From contig NC_058383.1 of NCBI RefSeq assembly GCF_018350175.1, forward strand, positions 6,388,001-6,448,000: a DNA stretch of 60,000 nucleotides, written 5' to 3'. The DNA comes from Felis catus. Its lineage: Eukaryota. Positions 37,772-50,690 of this stretch are shown here, piece after piece. Numbering within the stretch: position 1 is the stretch's first letter; each line of letters begins with the position of its first letter. Below the pieces are notes generated by a model that worked only from the letters and a program-made list of their open reading frames with translations, did not search any database and had not been told where the DNA came from. Made by a program: the position numbers and the translations under genes.

Positions 37772-37815
37772 CTCTCAAGAATAATTTTTTAAGTTGTTAA
37801 AAAAAAAAAGAAGAA
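37587..37815 (+). mobile_element. Can-SINE
   Basis: TSD AAGAAGACCAGAGT. Short reverse Can-SINEs are also present at about 38315-38415 and 40128-40228. Confidence 0.9.
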
Positions 37816-40800
37816 GAAGAAGACCAGAGTCTATTGCCTCTATTCTTGAGCATACAACAGCTGGGAATAATTTGGCCAGGAAAGACTAATTCAGACACAT
37901 CAGCTTGGATGGGACCGTGTAGGCAAGTAGACTTCCAGAAGTAGAGAGCCAAGACCGAGGTCTTAAGAAGAGAGATGAACTCTGTTTGAGAACAGAACGA
38001 GAACAGAGTCTCGATGACATTCCTGGTAGGGCCTAAAAGAACGAACCAGCAAGGGACCAGGCAAAAAGAGAGTTTGAGTCAGAACAAAAGAATGATAGCG
38101 TCTGAGGCACAAGCTGTAACAGCAGCTACCAGGCCACCGAGGACGATTCCCTAAACACAGTGCCACCAGCCAGCCACAGCTTGAAAGAGCAAGCGGGCTA
38201 AGCCTCAAGCCAGAGAGTAATCATGTTCTAGACTTTCATCTACTTTTAAATAATCTCAAATTCTGCTCCGTAAGAAAGAAGAGTTGCTTTTAAGGACCAA
38301 AAGAACAGAACATCCTTTTTTTTTTAAGTAGGCTCTACACCGAACATAGGGCTTGAACTTACCACCCTGAGATCAAGAGTCACATGCTCTACTAAGCCAG
38401 CCAGCCAGCCACCCCTGGGACACCCTTTAAAACACCATCTCCAAAGAGTTTTGCTAGTCGGCTAGAATAACCAGGGTCAAGACAGTTATCAGCTGGAAAC
38501 AGATTTGTGTCAGAGCAAGGAGCTTTACCTTACATCTCCAAGAGATAAGGCACGTGGCATTTTATCAGTCTGGAGTAGAGTCGTATTAAGGGCTCAGTTC
38601 AGGGAGCAATGGCCAAAACATTTATTGCATGCCAGGAATGTCGGACACTCGGGATTAAATGAAGCAACATTAACAGGAAGGTGGAGAGAGCCCCATTTTA
38701 CAGGTGGGGAAACGGTGTCAGAGGTCACTCCCCACAGAAGCCCAGAGTGCCCACAGCTGTGAAACATCAGGGCCAGGACTTCAGCCTCAATCTGACTCTC
38801 ACGTCTGTGCTTCGGATCACTAAGCTCTGTAAGGAGGTCTGAGGAGGAAGACAAGTCACTACCACGGTGGCACTCAATGCACGGGGGAGACGCTGGAAAA
38901 TAGGAAAGCGTAGGTATTAGCGAGGGAGGCCACTTCATTGCCATCTCATCCACCGTTCGTGGCCCGACCAGCTCAGTCCAGGAGACCCTCTGAATGTGCA
39001 TGAGGCCAGTTTGGTACAAGGGGATGAAATGCTTTTGTTTCGGGAGAGACCCAAGGCAGTGCCTGCTCCAGGACTATTGCCACGGGAACCACACATCCTT
39101 CTGCCACAGCCCAGAACATGTGGCCACAAGGGAGCTTAGAAGTAGATCCAGGGGTTCAGGTGATCGCCACCTTCCTTCCAAATCAAGTATCAAGCAGAAG
39201 GCCTGTAGGAGATGCCCAAGCAGAAAAAGTTCAACTTCAGATGGAACAGGGTCCTTTCCCCTCCCCCACCCCTGGGGGCATCTCGAAGGAGCAGTTTGAA
39301 AGTCACCGATTTAGCCAAACCACTCATTTGGGGATAGTCTGCAAAGCAAAGCAAATTCTTCTGGCTTTCGCAAGTTTCTTTGGCCTCAGCTCCAAGTGTG
39401 CTCTCTTCCCCTCACGTTCCTATTTGTAGCGTCCAGAGAGCCATGACCCTGCCACCCTTTACCAGTCGCAGGAAAGAGCCCAGGCTCGGAGGTAGGCACA
39501 GGATCACAGTCAGAACCTGTCTTCGTCAGTTCTCAGTTTGAGATCCAAAGAAAGCCAAATTAGCTATTTAGGTAAATATCACCAATGTAGAGGCTTTACT
39601 GACCCAACCTCTGGCCACCTCTGCTGCTCCCCACACACTAGGAGACTCCTACCCTGAGGGGCAGGTGGCAAGGGACCCTGGCCAACCTCATGGTCTCCCA
39701 GGCTCCCAAGCTGCTCTTGACTTTTTGTTCCTTTTGGGGGAAAGGGAGACTAGGGGACTTCTAAGTCTTGTTGATGGCATGGAGTCACTTTCTCTGGTTG
39801 GGGCATTACAGGCCAATTTTTAAATACTTTTCTAGATCCAGCCGAGCTCTGACTGTTACCATCTTTCAAGAATTGAGAACAGTTTTCAATTAAGATCTAG
39901 ATCATCCAAGAGTCAGCTTCTAGAAAGTATTTTTCAGATTTTTACACACATTCATGGTATAGAAAATTCCATACCTCAGAAATGGATTGAACATTAACTT
40001 CCATAACCTACCCCTCCTCCAAGTTAACCTTTAAAAATTCACAAGCGTACCAAGGGGCTAATTATAGAAGGGGGGTTTGATAGACACAGTTTGGCCACAT
40101 GTTTCTCCACTTGCCTGTACTGTGGACTTTTTTTTTTTAAGTAATCTCTACGCCCAACATGGGGTTCGAACTCACGACCCCGAGATCAAGAGTCACATGC
40201 TCTACTGAGTGAGCCAGCCAGGCACCCCAACTGGGGGCATCTATTGACGTATATTCAGAACTGCATCACTAACAGCCACTTCTTTGAACAGTGGGATTTG
40301 TTTTAAGCTAAAACTACACATAGGGTTGGATCAAGGGTCATTCCCCGGGAAGTGCTGGGGTCACTGAGTGTGCATGGGTCCGAAAGCTTGCACAGCAGGG
40401 CCGGAGTATAGGGGTGAAGAAACAACCATGGGGGCATACAGGGCTGGGGGTAGGGTGCCACGGACACAGGGACCCCAACTTGACACTCACAGGGGCTTAC
40501 CAACGTGGGCAAAACGTGTCCAGACACTAAGCTTGGTGCAGGGAAACACACAGTCAGGTGTGCCTCCAAGGCTGGGAAGCAGAGGGCCCAGCAAGAAAGG
40601 AGGCAGGAGACCAGGTCCTCTTCCCGATGGTCCTACTGTGAGGCTTGGGAAGGCTCTGGGAGGGGGCAGAACCACCCTGGGAGTGATTCCTACAGGTGAA
40701 CATGTCTTGGTGGGCATTTCAGGGAGAGGTTACACAGGCACACAGATCTATGGGCTGCCGTGTGGTCAGGCCCCATGCACCGTCAGCCCCAACATGGGCT

Positions 40801-41693
40801 CTGAGGAGTAAACAGACACCCAACAATGGTCACATCCTCCTCACCCACCCAGAGAGCAAGCCGAGCACCACTTAGCACAGTTTCTGTAAACCAAGGCTGA
40901 GTTCAACAGGAAGAGACCTGGCCTAGCCTCCCTGGGAGCCGTCCCTCTACGCAGGCCGCAGGCTTTTGCAGAGGGGACAAGGCTGCAGCAGCCTCACCCA
41001 ATCCCCAAACAGGAGCAAGGTGTCCCGTCGATGCCCAGACAGAGGATTCCAGGAGGACACGGCCACACCCGGAACCCCCAGCGCCCACCCAGTCGTTACT
41101 CACCTAGAAAGGAAGCACAGCCTCCACCCCCCTGTGGGCCTTAAATGCCCTCAGCAATCAGCAGGTGTTTCGGGGCGTTTGGCCCTTCCCCACAGGGTTG
41201 GTTTCTGACTCAAGTCAATGGATCTGGGCTTTGGATGTGCATTGGAACCACATGGGGAGCTCTGAGCAGCCTGCTGCCTGGGCCCCAGCCCTGAGGCGGA
41301 TGGAGTTGGTCTAAGAGGAGGCCCCGGACTCCAGCTGCTTCTCATGTCCGGATGAGGCACAGACGGGAGCCTTGGAGGCACCATGGACCTTCAGCCTCTG
41401 CAGCTGTGGCCTTTTGAGACCCTTATGAAGTATCCACAGAAAAGGGACAGAGTGGGGTGGGGATATCTCCCTCCAGGAAGGGGTTTGCATTCTGGGTGTT
41501 TAGGTATCCGGGATCTGGCTAGATTGGCCTCCTCCTAAAATGGGAGTATTAGGCTTAACACTGCTGTGGAACGGTTACCAAGTGTTTATTCCCAAATCAG
41601 ACTGGGAGATTGGGTGCCGGTGAGAATGGGGTTGGCTTTTGCATCAAAATGGAAATGGGAACAAAATTTCACATGTTGATTCAACAAATATTT

Positions 41694-41913
41694 TTTTTTT
41701 AATTTTTTTTCAACGTTTATTTATTTTTGGGACAGAGAGAGACAGAGCATGAACGGGGGAGGGTCAGAGAGAGAGGGAGACACAGAATCGGAAACGGGCT
41801 CCAGGCTCTGAGCCATCAGCCCAGAGCCTGACGCGGGGCTCGAACTCACGGACCGCGAGATCGTGACCTGGCTGAAGTCGGACGCTTAACCGACTGCGCC
41901 ACCCAGGCGCCCC
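41694..41913 (-). mobile_element. Young SINEC_Fc inserted in an L2 remnant
   Basis: Near-consensus copy; TSD ATTCAACAAATATTT. Confidence 0.96.
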
Positions 41914-42364
41914 ATTCAACAAATATTTATTGAGTCCTCACTGTGTGGCAGACCCTGAGTGCAACGGTGAACAAGATGACCTGGTCCCCACCCTCCCATC
42001 AGAAGTAGACATGGGCCCTTCCCAGCAGAGTGGGAGCAGGACCACAATTGGGAACATAAGGCAAGGAAGATCAGGGAGGGTTTCCTGGAGGAGGTGATAC
42101 CAGAACCAAATCTTCAGAAGAAGCAGGAGTTAGCGGGTAAAACACTGGGAGAAAAAGGCTCCAGGCAGAGGAAACAGCATAGGAAAAGGCACTGAGGCAA
42201 GAAAAATGGCTATGGTTCCCCTGGAAACAGAGGCCATTCAGGATTGCCAGAGGGATGACAGGGTCAGGTGCCAGGGCAAAGGTGACCTGGTGTACAGGGG
42301 AGGGCTCTGTGGGGGTTGTCCGCTCTGGTCCAGGTAGTGAAGGCTGTGCTGTCTGAAGGGGACT

Positions 42365-42598
42365 TTATTTTTAGTTTAGTTTAATTTAGTTTATTTAAGT
42401 TTATGTATTTATTTTTGAGAGAAAGTGAGAGAGCACAAGCAGGGGAGGGGCAGAGAGAGAGGGAGAGGGAATCCCAAGCAGGCTCCGTGCTGTCAGCACA
42501 GAGCCCAACATGGGGCTCGAACCCACAAACCGTGAGATCATGACCTGAGCTGAAATCAAGAGTTCGACGCGTAAGCGAGGGAGCCACCCAGGCACCCC
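42365..42598 (-). mobile_element. Can-SINE
   Basis: Reverse SINE. Confidence 0.9.
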
Positions 42599-44264
42599 TT
42601 TAGTGTGTCATTTTAGAATATTCAGCTAGCCTCGGAGAGCTGAGGAGGACTCTTTCTGGGGGCGGGGCTAGAGGGAGGAGGGGCATATGGGGGCGTGGCT
42701 GGTGGAGGTGAAGGTGGGAGGGTCTGACTCCAAGACCTCCTGGTTCCTGGAGGGGGAAGTATGGGGAGAAGCCAGGTTCTGAGTGAGTGAAGCGTGGAGC
42801 TTCAGGGTTGGACCCTCACACCCAGGTTCCTGCAGGCCATCAAAGTGCGGATGCAGCCAGTCGATTCAGGGCTGGAGCGGGACTTGGTGACCCACTGGAT
42901 GTGGTGGTGGGTGACAATGACAGAGACACATAAGTTGATGTAGTTTCAAACCGAGGTGGCTGGTGAGTAGTGGGCATTCGGGATGATTTACAGGAGGCCT
43001 GAACTTGTGGGATCCAAGGCTATCAGAGGGACGATCCCAGGCCCCCTTGCTCTGCCCAAGGCATTTGAGATAACCCACCACTCTCCCTGCTCCAGAATCC
43101 CCCTCACATCCTCATCCCTGCTTTGGCCCGTGCCCCTTCCCCTTTGGGCTTTTCCACAGACACAGCTGGAGGGATCCCTGCAACATTTAGCTCAGGTTAT
43201 ACTAGTGCTCCCCAACATGCCTACAGATCGCCTATGAGGCCCTTCATGCATACAGATCGCCTATGAGGCCCCGCATTGCCTTGCCTCCCCCCCCACCCCG
43301 CCCCATTCCACTCCTCCTGGCCTCACTCCCACTATTGTCCCTCTTCAGCCACCGCAGCTTCCTCACTGCCAGTCAAATGCATCTGGCCAGTGCTGGCCTC
43401 AGGGCCTTTGCACCTGCTACTCCCTGTGCCTCCCTCACTTCCTTCAGGTCTTAGTTTTTAGAGACCATTCCTGGTCACCTTGTCTAAAATCAAACTTCAC
43501 TTCAACACTGCATTCCCATCAGACTCCCTAGCAGCACTTGTTAACATTTAAATGCAGAACATTTACTTGTTTATTTTCCACCTCCTGCTCTGCCACCAGC
43601 TCCCAGAGCCTGGTGGTGCAATCTCTATGAGGGTGGGGGTGTTGTCTGTTTAACTCACTGCTTTATCCCCACTGCCAGGAAGAGTCACTGCTCATTATAT
43701 TTGTGGAATGCAGGCATGGGCATATGGGTCCCAGAGCCAGGCTCTCCCCCTGCCCCCACTGTGTTACAGGTGTCCCTCCTCCATCACTCAGAATGTACCC
43801 AGGATGTACAGTGGGCATGCTCAGTAACCTTCCCAAGCCAGGCATCGAGCCGGTGTCCTTTGAATAAATCGAATCAGCGTGCACACTAGTGCCCACAGCT
43901 GCTATGCGAAGGACTCAGAGAAGCAGGAGGAAAAGCAGTTTGGATGGACCCCGAGTCCTCAAATGGAAGTCACTTCATCCTCCCCTACGCCTAAGCCCCA
44001 GTCATGGGTAACAGCCACATCATCCACCAGACTGGGAGCCTGACATCAGCCCCCCACTCCCTGTCTCCTTCCTCCATCAGCCCCGCCCTCCACTGAGCCC
44101 TACTCCTTGGCCCTCCCGACCTCTGCTCTGCCGGCCATCAAGGGCCACTTGCCCACTGGTCTGGCGACACTTTCCTATAACACCTGTCCAACAAACTCTC
44201 ACATTAAATTTTCAAGAGTGAATTACCCAGATGGGTTTATTTATGTGGTTTTTTTTAAAAATTA

Positions 44265-44468
44265 TTCTTTAATGTTTATTTATTTCTGAGAGAAAAAGAC
44301 AGTGCAAGTTGCAGAAGGGCAGAGAGAGAGGGAGACACAGAATCCAAAGCAGGCTCTAGGCTCTGAGCTGTCAGCACAGAGCCTGACGTGGGGCTCGAAC
44401 TCACAAACCATGAGATCACGACCTGAGTCAAAGTCAGATGCTTAACGGACTGAGCCACCCAGTCACCG
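44265..44468 (-). mobile_element. Can-SINE
   Basis: Reverse SINE. Confidence 0.9.
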
Positions 44469-44657
44469 CTACCTGGTTTGTTTAACCTGCCTTGACTCCT
44501 CTGATGTAGTAGGGATTACCAATTTGGTTTCACAGAGCAGGAAACTGAGGCTGCTGACATTGACTTGACTTGCCTGAGGTTACATGATGGGGGAAGGCCA
44601 GGTCTGTGTGGCCCCATGTTTGCCTCAGGGCTCTGACCTGTGTTGGGATGGTGCCTG

Positions 44658-44850
44658 ACTTCCTTCCTCCCTCCCTCCCTCCTTCCTCCCTCCCTGCCTC
44701 CTTCCTTCCTCCCTCCCTCCCTCCTGCCTTCCTCCCTCCCTCCCTCCTCCCTCCCTCCGTCCCTCCTTCTTCCTTCCTTCCTTCCTTCCTTCCTTCCTTC
44801 CTTCCTTCCTTCCTTCCTTCCTCCCTCTGTCCCTTTCTTCCTTCTGTCTT
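44658..44850. repeat. (CCTT)n/(CCCT)n polypyrimidine repeat
   Basis: Read directly. Confidence 0.95.
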
Positions 44851-44891
44851 TTATGGTGGTAAGATACACATAACATAGAATCGACCATTTT

Positions 44892-45710
44892 GGGGGCGCC
44901 TGGGTGGCTCAGTCAGTTAAGCATCCGACTTTAGCTCAGGTCATCATCTCGCAGTTTGTGAGTTTAAGCCCCGTGTTGGGCTCTGTGCTGACAGTTCGGA
45001 GCCTGGAGCCTGCTTTGGATTCTGTGTCTCCCTCTTTCTCTGCCCCTCCCCCGTTTGCTCTCCGCATCTCTCTCTCTCTCTCTCTCAAAAATAAATTTAG
45101 AACATTAAAATTTTTTTTTAAAAATCCACCGTTTTGGGGCTCTTGGGTAGCTCAGTTGGTTGAGTGTCTGGCTCTTGATTTCAGCTTGTCATGATCTCAC
45201 AGTTCGCAGGATTGAGCCCCATATCAGGCTCTGTGCTAAGCATGGAGCCTGTTTGGGATTCTCTCCTTCTCCCTCTCTGCCTCTCTCTCTCTCTTTTTCT
45301 CTCTCAAAAATCAATAAATAAACGTTTAAAAAAAAAAGAAATACCTGGCATATGTTACCTAATTTCTTAAAAAAAAAAAATCGACCATTTTAACCACTTT
45401 TGAGTATACAGTTCGTGTATGAAGCACACTCACACTGCTGTGCAACCATCACTGCCCTCCATCCCTAGAACCTTTTCATCTTCCCAAACTGAAAGTGTGT
45501 CCCCATCAAACCCTAATTCCACAGCCCCCTCCCCCAGCGCTGGACACCTGACCTTCTACTTTCTGTCTCTAAGAGTTCGACTCCTCCAGGGACCTCATGT
45601 AAGTGGAATCGCACAATATTTGTCTTTTTGTTACTGGCTTAATTACACTTAGCATAACGTCCTCAAGGTCCATCCATGTTTTAGCAGGTGGCAGAATTTC
45701 CTTCTGACTT
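44892..45710. mobile_element. Two tandem + strand Can-SINEs (about 44892-45125 and 45135-45340) inside a minus-strand L1 3' fragment
   Basis: SINE heads; flanking repeat AATCGACCATTTT; L1 remnant TWMDLEDVMLS. Confidence 0.85.
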
Positions 45711-46621
45711 CTTTCTTTGAAACAGGAACACGTTTTTGGGGGGTTTTGTTTTTTGTCTTTAGGAACATACTTTTTTACTGGCATCCCAAGGGCGGGCGGT
45801 GTGGGGCAGACGTCCTCCCAGACAGGAAGGAGTATTTATCACTGATGTCACATCTCTTATAATGGCCAATGCGGGGGGGGGGGGGGGTAATAAAAGCAGA
45901 CTGATTTCTAGTTAGTGCTCATCATTGTCTCGAATCCTCTATGGTCAATGCATCGCCTTGTTGCCCGTGTTCCTGGTCAACTGCTCTCCCCACCCTCCCG
46001 GCGTGGTCATTCACTGGTTATTTATAAATTTCTAGTCATCATATTATAATATAAAAGGAGTTTCAGAAAAAGAACTCCGGAATTGGAGAGTTGCTGTAAC
46101 AATTCCTCAGGGGATTTAGGAAAAGTTCTGTGATGGAAGTCAGTCTTTGGGAATCCGCTGCTCCTGACAAACGCAGCTGTCAACATCCTTGGCCTCTGCA
46201 TGTGTGAGTGTGTGTGTATATGCGTGTGTGTCCACACACACATGTGTCAGAAAATCCCCCAGGGTCTAGGGAAATTTAACCCTCCAGGGTGATGACCCTT
46301 AGGAGCTAAGTTTAGATTCCTCGTAGGTGCTATTTGGCCTAGAAGCAGGAGATGAGGAAAAAGGGGATCTTAAGGAAAGAACAAGGCAGGCAGGGTGGGA
46401 TACCGGAAAAGGAAACCAAAGGCTGATTCTTCATCAGGTCTGCAGGCTCTCTGGTAAAATCGGAACCTCAATTCCTCAATACAGTAGCTATTTCCTAAGA
46501 GTGTGTTCTGTTTAACGGCCTGGTCCAGCATCACTGCTCCCAAGTTTCCTCATCCACCTGATTACCCTAAGCATTTTCTTTTCTGGGAACGTGGGGGCAG
46601 TCTACCCAAGTTTCTTCTTTC

Positions 46622-46832
46622 AGGGCACCGGTGTGGCTCAGTCGGTTAAGCGTCTGACTCTTGGTTTCAGCTCAGGTCATGATCTCATGGTTCGTGAGTT
46701 TGGGCCCCGAGCTGGGCTCTGCGCTGACAACATGGAGTCTGCTTGGGATTTTTCACTCCCTCTCTCTCTGCCCCTCCCTGGCTTGCTCTCTCTCTCCCTC
46801 AAAAAATAAATACACATTAAAAAAAAAAAAAA
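46622..46832 (+). mobile_element. Can-SINE
   Basis: Head, CT tract and A tail; flanks AAGTTTCTTCT. Confidence 0.88.
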
Positions 46833-47344
46833 GAAGTTTCTTCTCTCTAGGACCTCTGATTAGCAGAGGCACAGATCATGCCCAGAGTCCAGGGTCATGT
46901 GTGGCTTTCATCAGACACCATGTGACCCAGGAGCTGGGCTGTGGACAAGGCTCCACAGAGACCAGCTACTGGACACCCACCCTATGCTGGCTCTGTAAGG
47001 TGCAGAAGTGAATCAGAGTCCCTGCTGCCAAGGAACTTAGAACTCACCTGCCATCACTTGAGCACCTGGACTCTAATAATCACACAAGACCTTTCCCTCT
47101 GTCATTAGCACCTCACCTATGCACCTCACCTAGCACCTCACCTTACAACTTGGTAAGATAGATATTATTATCATCCCAGATAACTAAGTGGGGTAGGTAT
47201 TCAATGACAGCACTGTATGTCCAGCATAATGTTCCTACTCCCTGTGATGGCTCTGTGGAGGATATGCTGTCTTCACAGAGTGCAGGAAAATAAGGCCAAA
47301 GTTCACTCCAACCCAGTCCCTGGCTCCAGAGAGGGTGCCCGCTG

Positions 47345-47930
47345 AATGGACAGATGGGTAATTGAATGGATAGATGGATGCAAGGATGATGGATGATGGA
47401 TGGATGGATGGATGATGGAGGGATGGTTGATGGATGAATGAGTGATGGATGAATGGATGATGGATTGATGATGGATGAAAAGATGATGGATTAATGGATG
47501 ATGGATTATGGAAGAATGGTGGGTAAATAATGGATGAATGGATGGACGAACGGATGATGGAGGAATGATGAATGGAAGGGTGATGCATGATGGATGAGTA
47601 GCTGATGGATGGATGGATGGATGAGTGGATGATGGACAACAGATGAGTGATAAATGAATAGATGATGGATGGATGGATGGGTGGATGATGCATGAATGGA
47701 TAATGGATGGATGGATGGATGGATGGATGGATGGATGATGGGTGAATGGATGATGAGTGGACAGATGATTGATGACGGATGGATGAATGGCTAATGGATG
47801 AGTGGATGATGGATGATGGATGGATGATGCAGGAATGGATGATGGAAGAATGATGGATGGATGGATGGATAGATGATGGATGAACGGATGAACGGATGAA
47901 CGAATGGGTGATGATGACAGAAGAATGGAT
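47345..47930. repeat. Degenerate (GGAT/GAT)n simple repeat, about 590 bp
   Basis: Read directly. Confidence 0.95.
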
Positions 47931-48514
47931 AAGAGATTACCCAGCTGAGTTGGGGTTTGAGTTCCCCTGGGCTTTCCAGACACTGGACTTTATTCAACCT
48001 TGGGAGATTTATAGAAAGTAGAGAGACTCCTACGGAAAAATAAGAATAAATACTTCCTGACAAAGAGGAGTGATTCCCTGGGGGATGAAAAGTTGGAAAG
48101 ATTTTTAGATATTTTTTAAATAATGATATGAAAATGGCACTTCGGTGCCAAAAAAAATCAAATTGAGATATAAGTCTCAGTGTGGTATGAGAAAAAAAAA
48201 AGTGTGCAGTGGGAGAAATTGATCTTCAGCAGCCTTGACCACCATATTTCTGGGATACCATAAAATTCACCATTAATTAGGAAATCTCTAGTTGGCTTGG
48301 AAGCAGAGACTTTTTAGGCTGGGCTGACTTTGGAGAACTTTTTGTCCAGGTTCCAGCTTGTCTCTGTCCCAACTGCAAAGCGCTGTGTTCAGAAAAGCCT
48401 GTCTTAGGCCCTCCCTTTTGTTTCAGAGCCTGCAAGGAAGATTCCAGCAGTGGCCTGCTGGGGCTCACCCTTCCCTGACATGACCCTGCAGGATTCCAAG
48501 GGTCTCTGGGGCGA

Positions 48515-48810
48515 GGGGCTATTTCTGGGCCCAGGCTCTGTGTCCATGTTTGGTCTTCAAGAAGCACACTGTGAACTTTCCTCCACCTGCCAAGACTTCT
48601 CCCCGCAGCCCTCCTGGGAGGACACTGGGCCCCTTTCCTCCAAGGCGGCAAACAACAGCTGAGAATGCAGTTTCTGGCCCTTACCAGGAAGGACCCTCCA
48701 ACCACTGCCCTGGGGCAGAAAAACTAAGGGAGCCTCTTGAGACACATCGACCGACATTTGTTTCTTTTTTTTTTCCCCCTAAAAAATAATTCAAGATCCT
48801 AAAAATAGTC
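48515..48810. promoter_or_regulatory. Candidate skeletal-muscle enhancer
   Basis: CTAAAAATAG (consensus MEF2) 48799-48808, CTATTTCTGG at 48519, CACCTGC at 48584, AACAGCTG 48654-48661, all in non-repetitive sequence. Confidence 0.4.
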
Positions 48811-50019
48811 TTCATTGAAAAAACTCCAGGCAACACTGATACTTTTAAAGAAGGTTTAACCAAAAAATCACCTGAAATTCTGCCTCCCAGGGCTAACTGG
48901 CATGATCATCTGGCTAAACATCCTTTCAAATAAACTCTTGGTGCATCTGTTCACACAGGTGCCATTTTGCAAAAATGGCTTCAAGCTATTCTATAATCTT
49001 TCTTTAAAAAAAAAAAAAACAACAACAAACCCAACAGTATGCAGTGGGCTTTGTTGAATGCCAATGAATATGAATTTACATTGTCAGTTTAAAAAATATT
49101 TATTGTAAGGTGCCTGGGTGGCTCAGTTGGCTAAGTGCCGTACTCTGGATCTCAGCTCAGGTCTTGATCTCAGGGTTGTGAGTTCAAGCCCCACGTTGGA
49201 CTCCATGAGGGTCATGGAGCCTACTTAAAAAAAAGAACATTCATTGTACCTTAATTTAACTTTACTTACATGTACATAATTTATATTATTACTTGTATTC
49301 ACTTTATTAACTAATCCCCTATGGATGGACATTTAAGTTGTTTCCAACGTTTTGTGGAAAGCCAGCTCAGAGCTGCCTGAGGAAGGGGGGAGGGAGAGGA
49401 GGAAAGGAGGAAAGGAGGAAGGGAGAAGGGAGGGAAGAAGGAAGGATGACCCTTGAGCTTCTAAAGAGGGCTGAGGCGGGAGCCTGGGGCTGGGCGGTGC
49501 CTGAGGAGAGGCAGCTCTGGGCCTAAGGCTGGAGGTAAATGCCAGAAGCCTCAGGCCTGTATCAGTGGCTTTTCCAGATCAGAGGGTTCCAGAGCCTGAA
49601 TTACTCTAGGGCTGTGGGTCCAGCCCCATCAGCCTAACAATAACCACACACTCAAACTGTGTGGAATGTGGAGCTGGAACCGAGAGATGGCAATGAGATG
49701 CACCCCCTAGGGGGCAGGGATCAGGCTGCTAAGGACACAAACCCTGCAGATACCTGCAGAAGCAGGCTGAGGAACACGGAGGCATTATAAATATATTCCA
49801 ATTCCGTTCCGTCTCCTCCCAACTCCAGCCCCAAACCAGGCTATCAGAACTCACGGCTCCAACCCTTGACCTTGCTCAGAGGAGCCCAACATCCTCCATG
49901 GAAGCATCACAGGAGATAAGCAGAATTAGATGGAAGTAGAATCTCTTGGCGTCTCTATCCTGTGTCATTTGGGGAGACCCTTAATAGGTAGGTAGTGTAT
50001 TCCCACTTGAAAGCATTTT

Positions 50020-50126
50020 CAAGACAAGCCAGAGGCTAAGAGAAAATATTTACAGAATACATATCCAACAATGCTTTAGTATCTAGAATACATAAAGAAT
50101 TCTTCTTTTTTAATGTTTATTTATTT

Positions 50127-50158
<32 letters not shown>

Positions 50159-50579
50159 GCACCAGCAGGGGAGGGGCAGAGAGAAAGGGAGACACAGAAT
50201 CTGAAGCAGGCTCCAGGCTCTGAGCTGTCAGCACAGAGCCTGACATGGGGCTCGAACCCATGAACCATGAGATCATGACCTGAGCCGAAGTTGGACGCTC
50301 AACTAAGCCACCCAGGCACCTCAATATATAAAGAATTCTTAAAATTCAATATAAAACAAACAAACAAAACATGGGCAAAAGATCTGAATGGATACCTCAC
50401 CAAAGAAGATATGTGGGTAGGAAATAAGCATGTGAAAATATGTTCAACAACAGGGGCACCTAGGTGGCTCAGTTGGTTAAGTGACTAACTTCAGCTCAGA
50501 TCATGAGCTTACCATTTGTGAGTTTGAGCCCCACATTGGGGTCTCTGCTGTCAGTACAAAGCCTGCTTCGGATTTTCTG

Positions 50580-50615
<36 letters not shown>

Positions 50616-50690
50616 CCTCTCCACATTCTCTCTCTCAAAAATAAACATTAAAAAAAAAGAGAAAGAAAATATGCTCAACACCATTCATTG
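50020..50690. mobile_element. L1 fragment (+) with two Can-SINEs (- about 50105-50320; + about 50454-50660); a short SINE also lies at about 49108-49235
   Basis: L1 motifs (tatctagaatacataaagaa; WAKDLNGYLTKEDM) and SINE heads. Confidence 0.8.

Noticed and set aside
47235..48063. Long His/Pro/Ser/Ile-rich ORFs (up to 226 aa)
   Set aside because: These are translations of the degenerate (GGAT)n repeat, with no gene structure.
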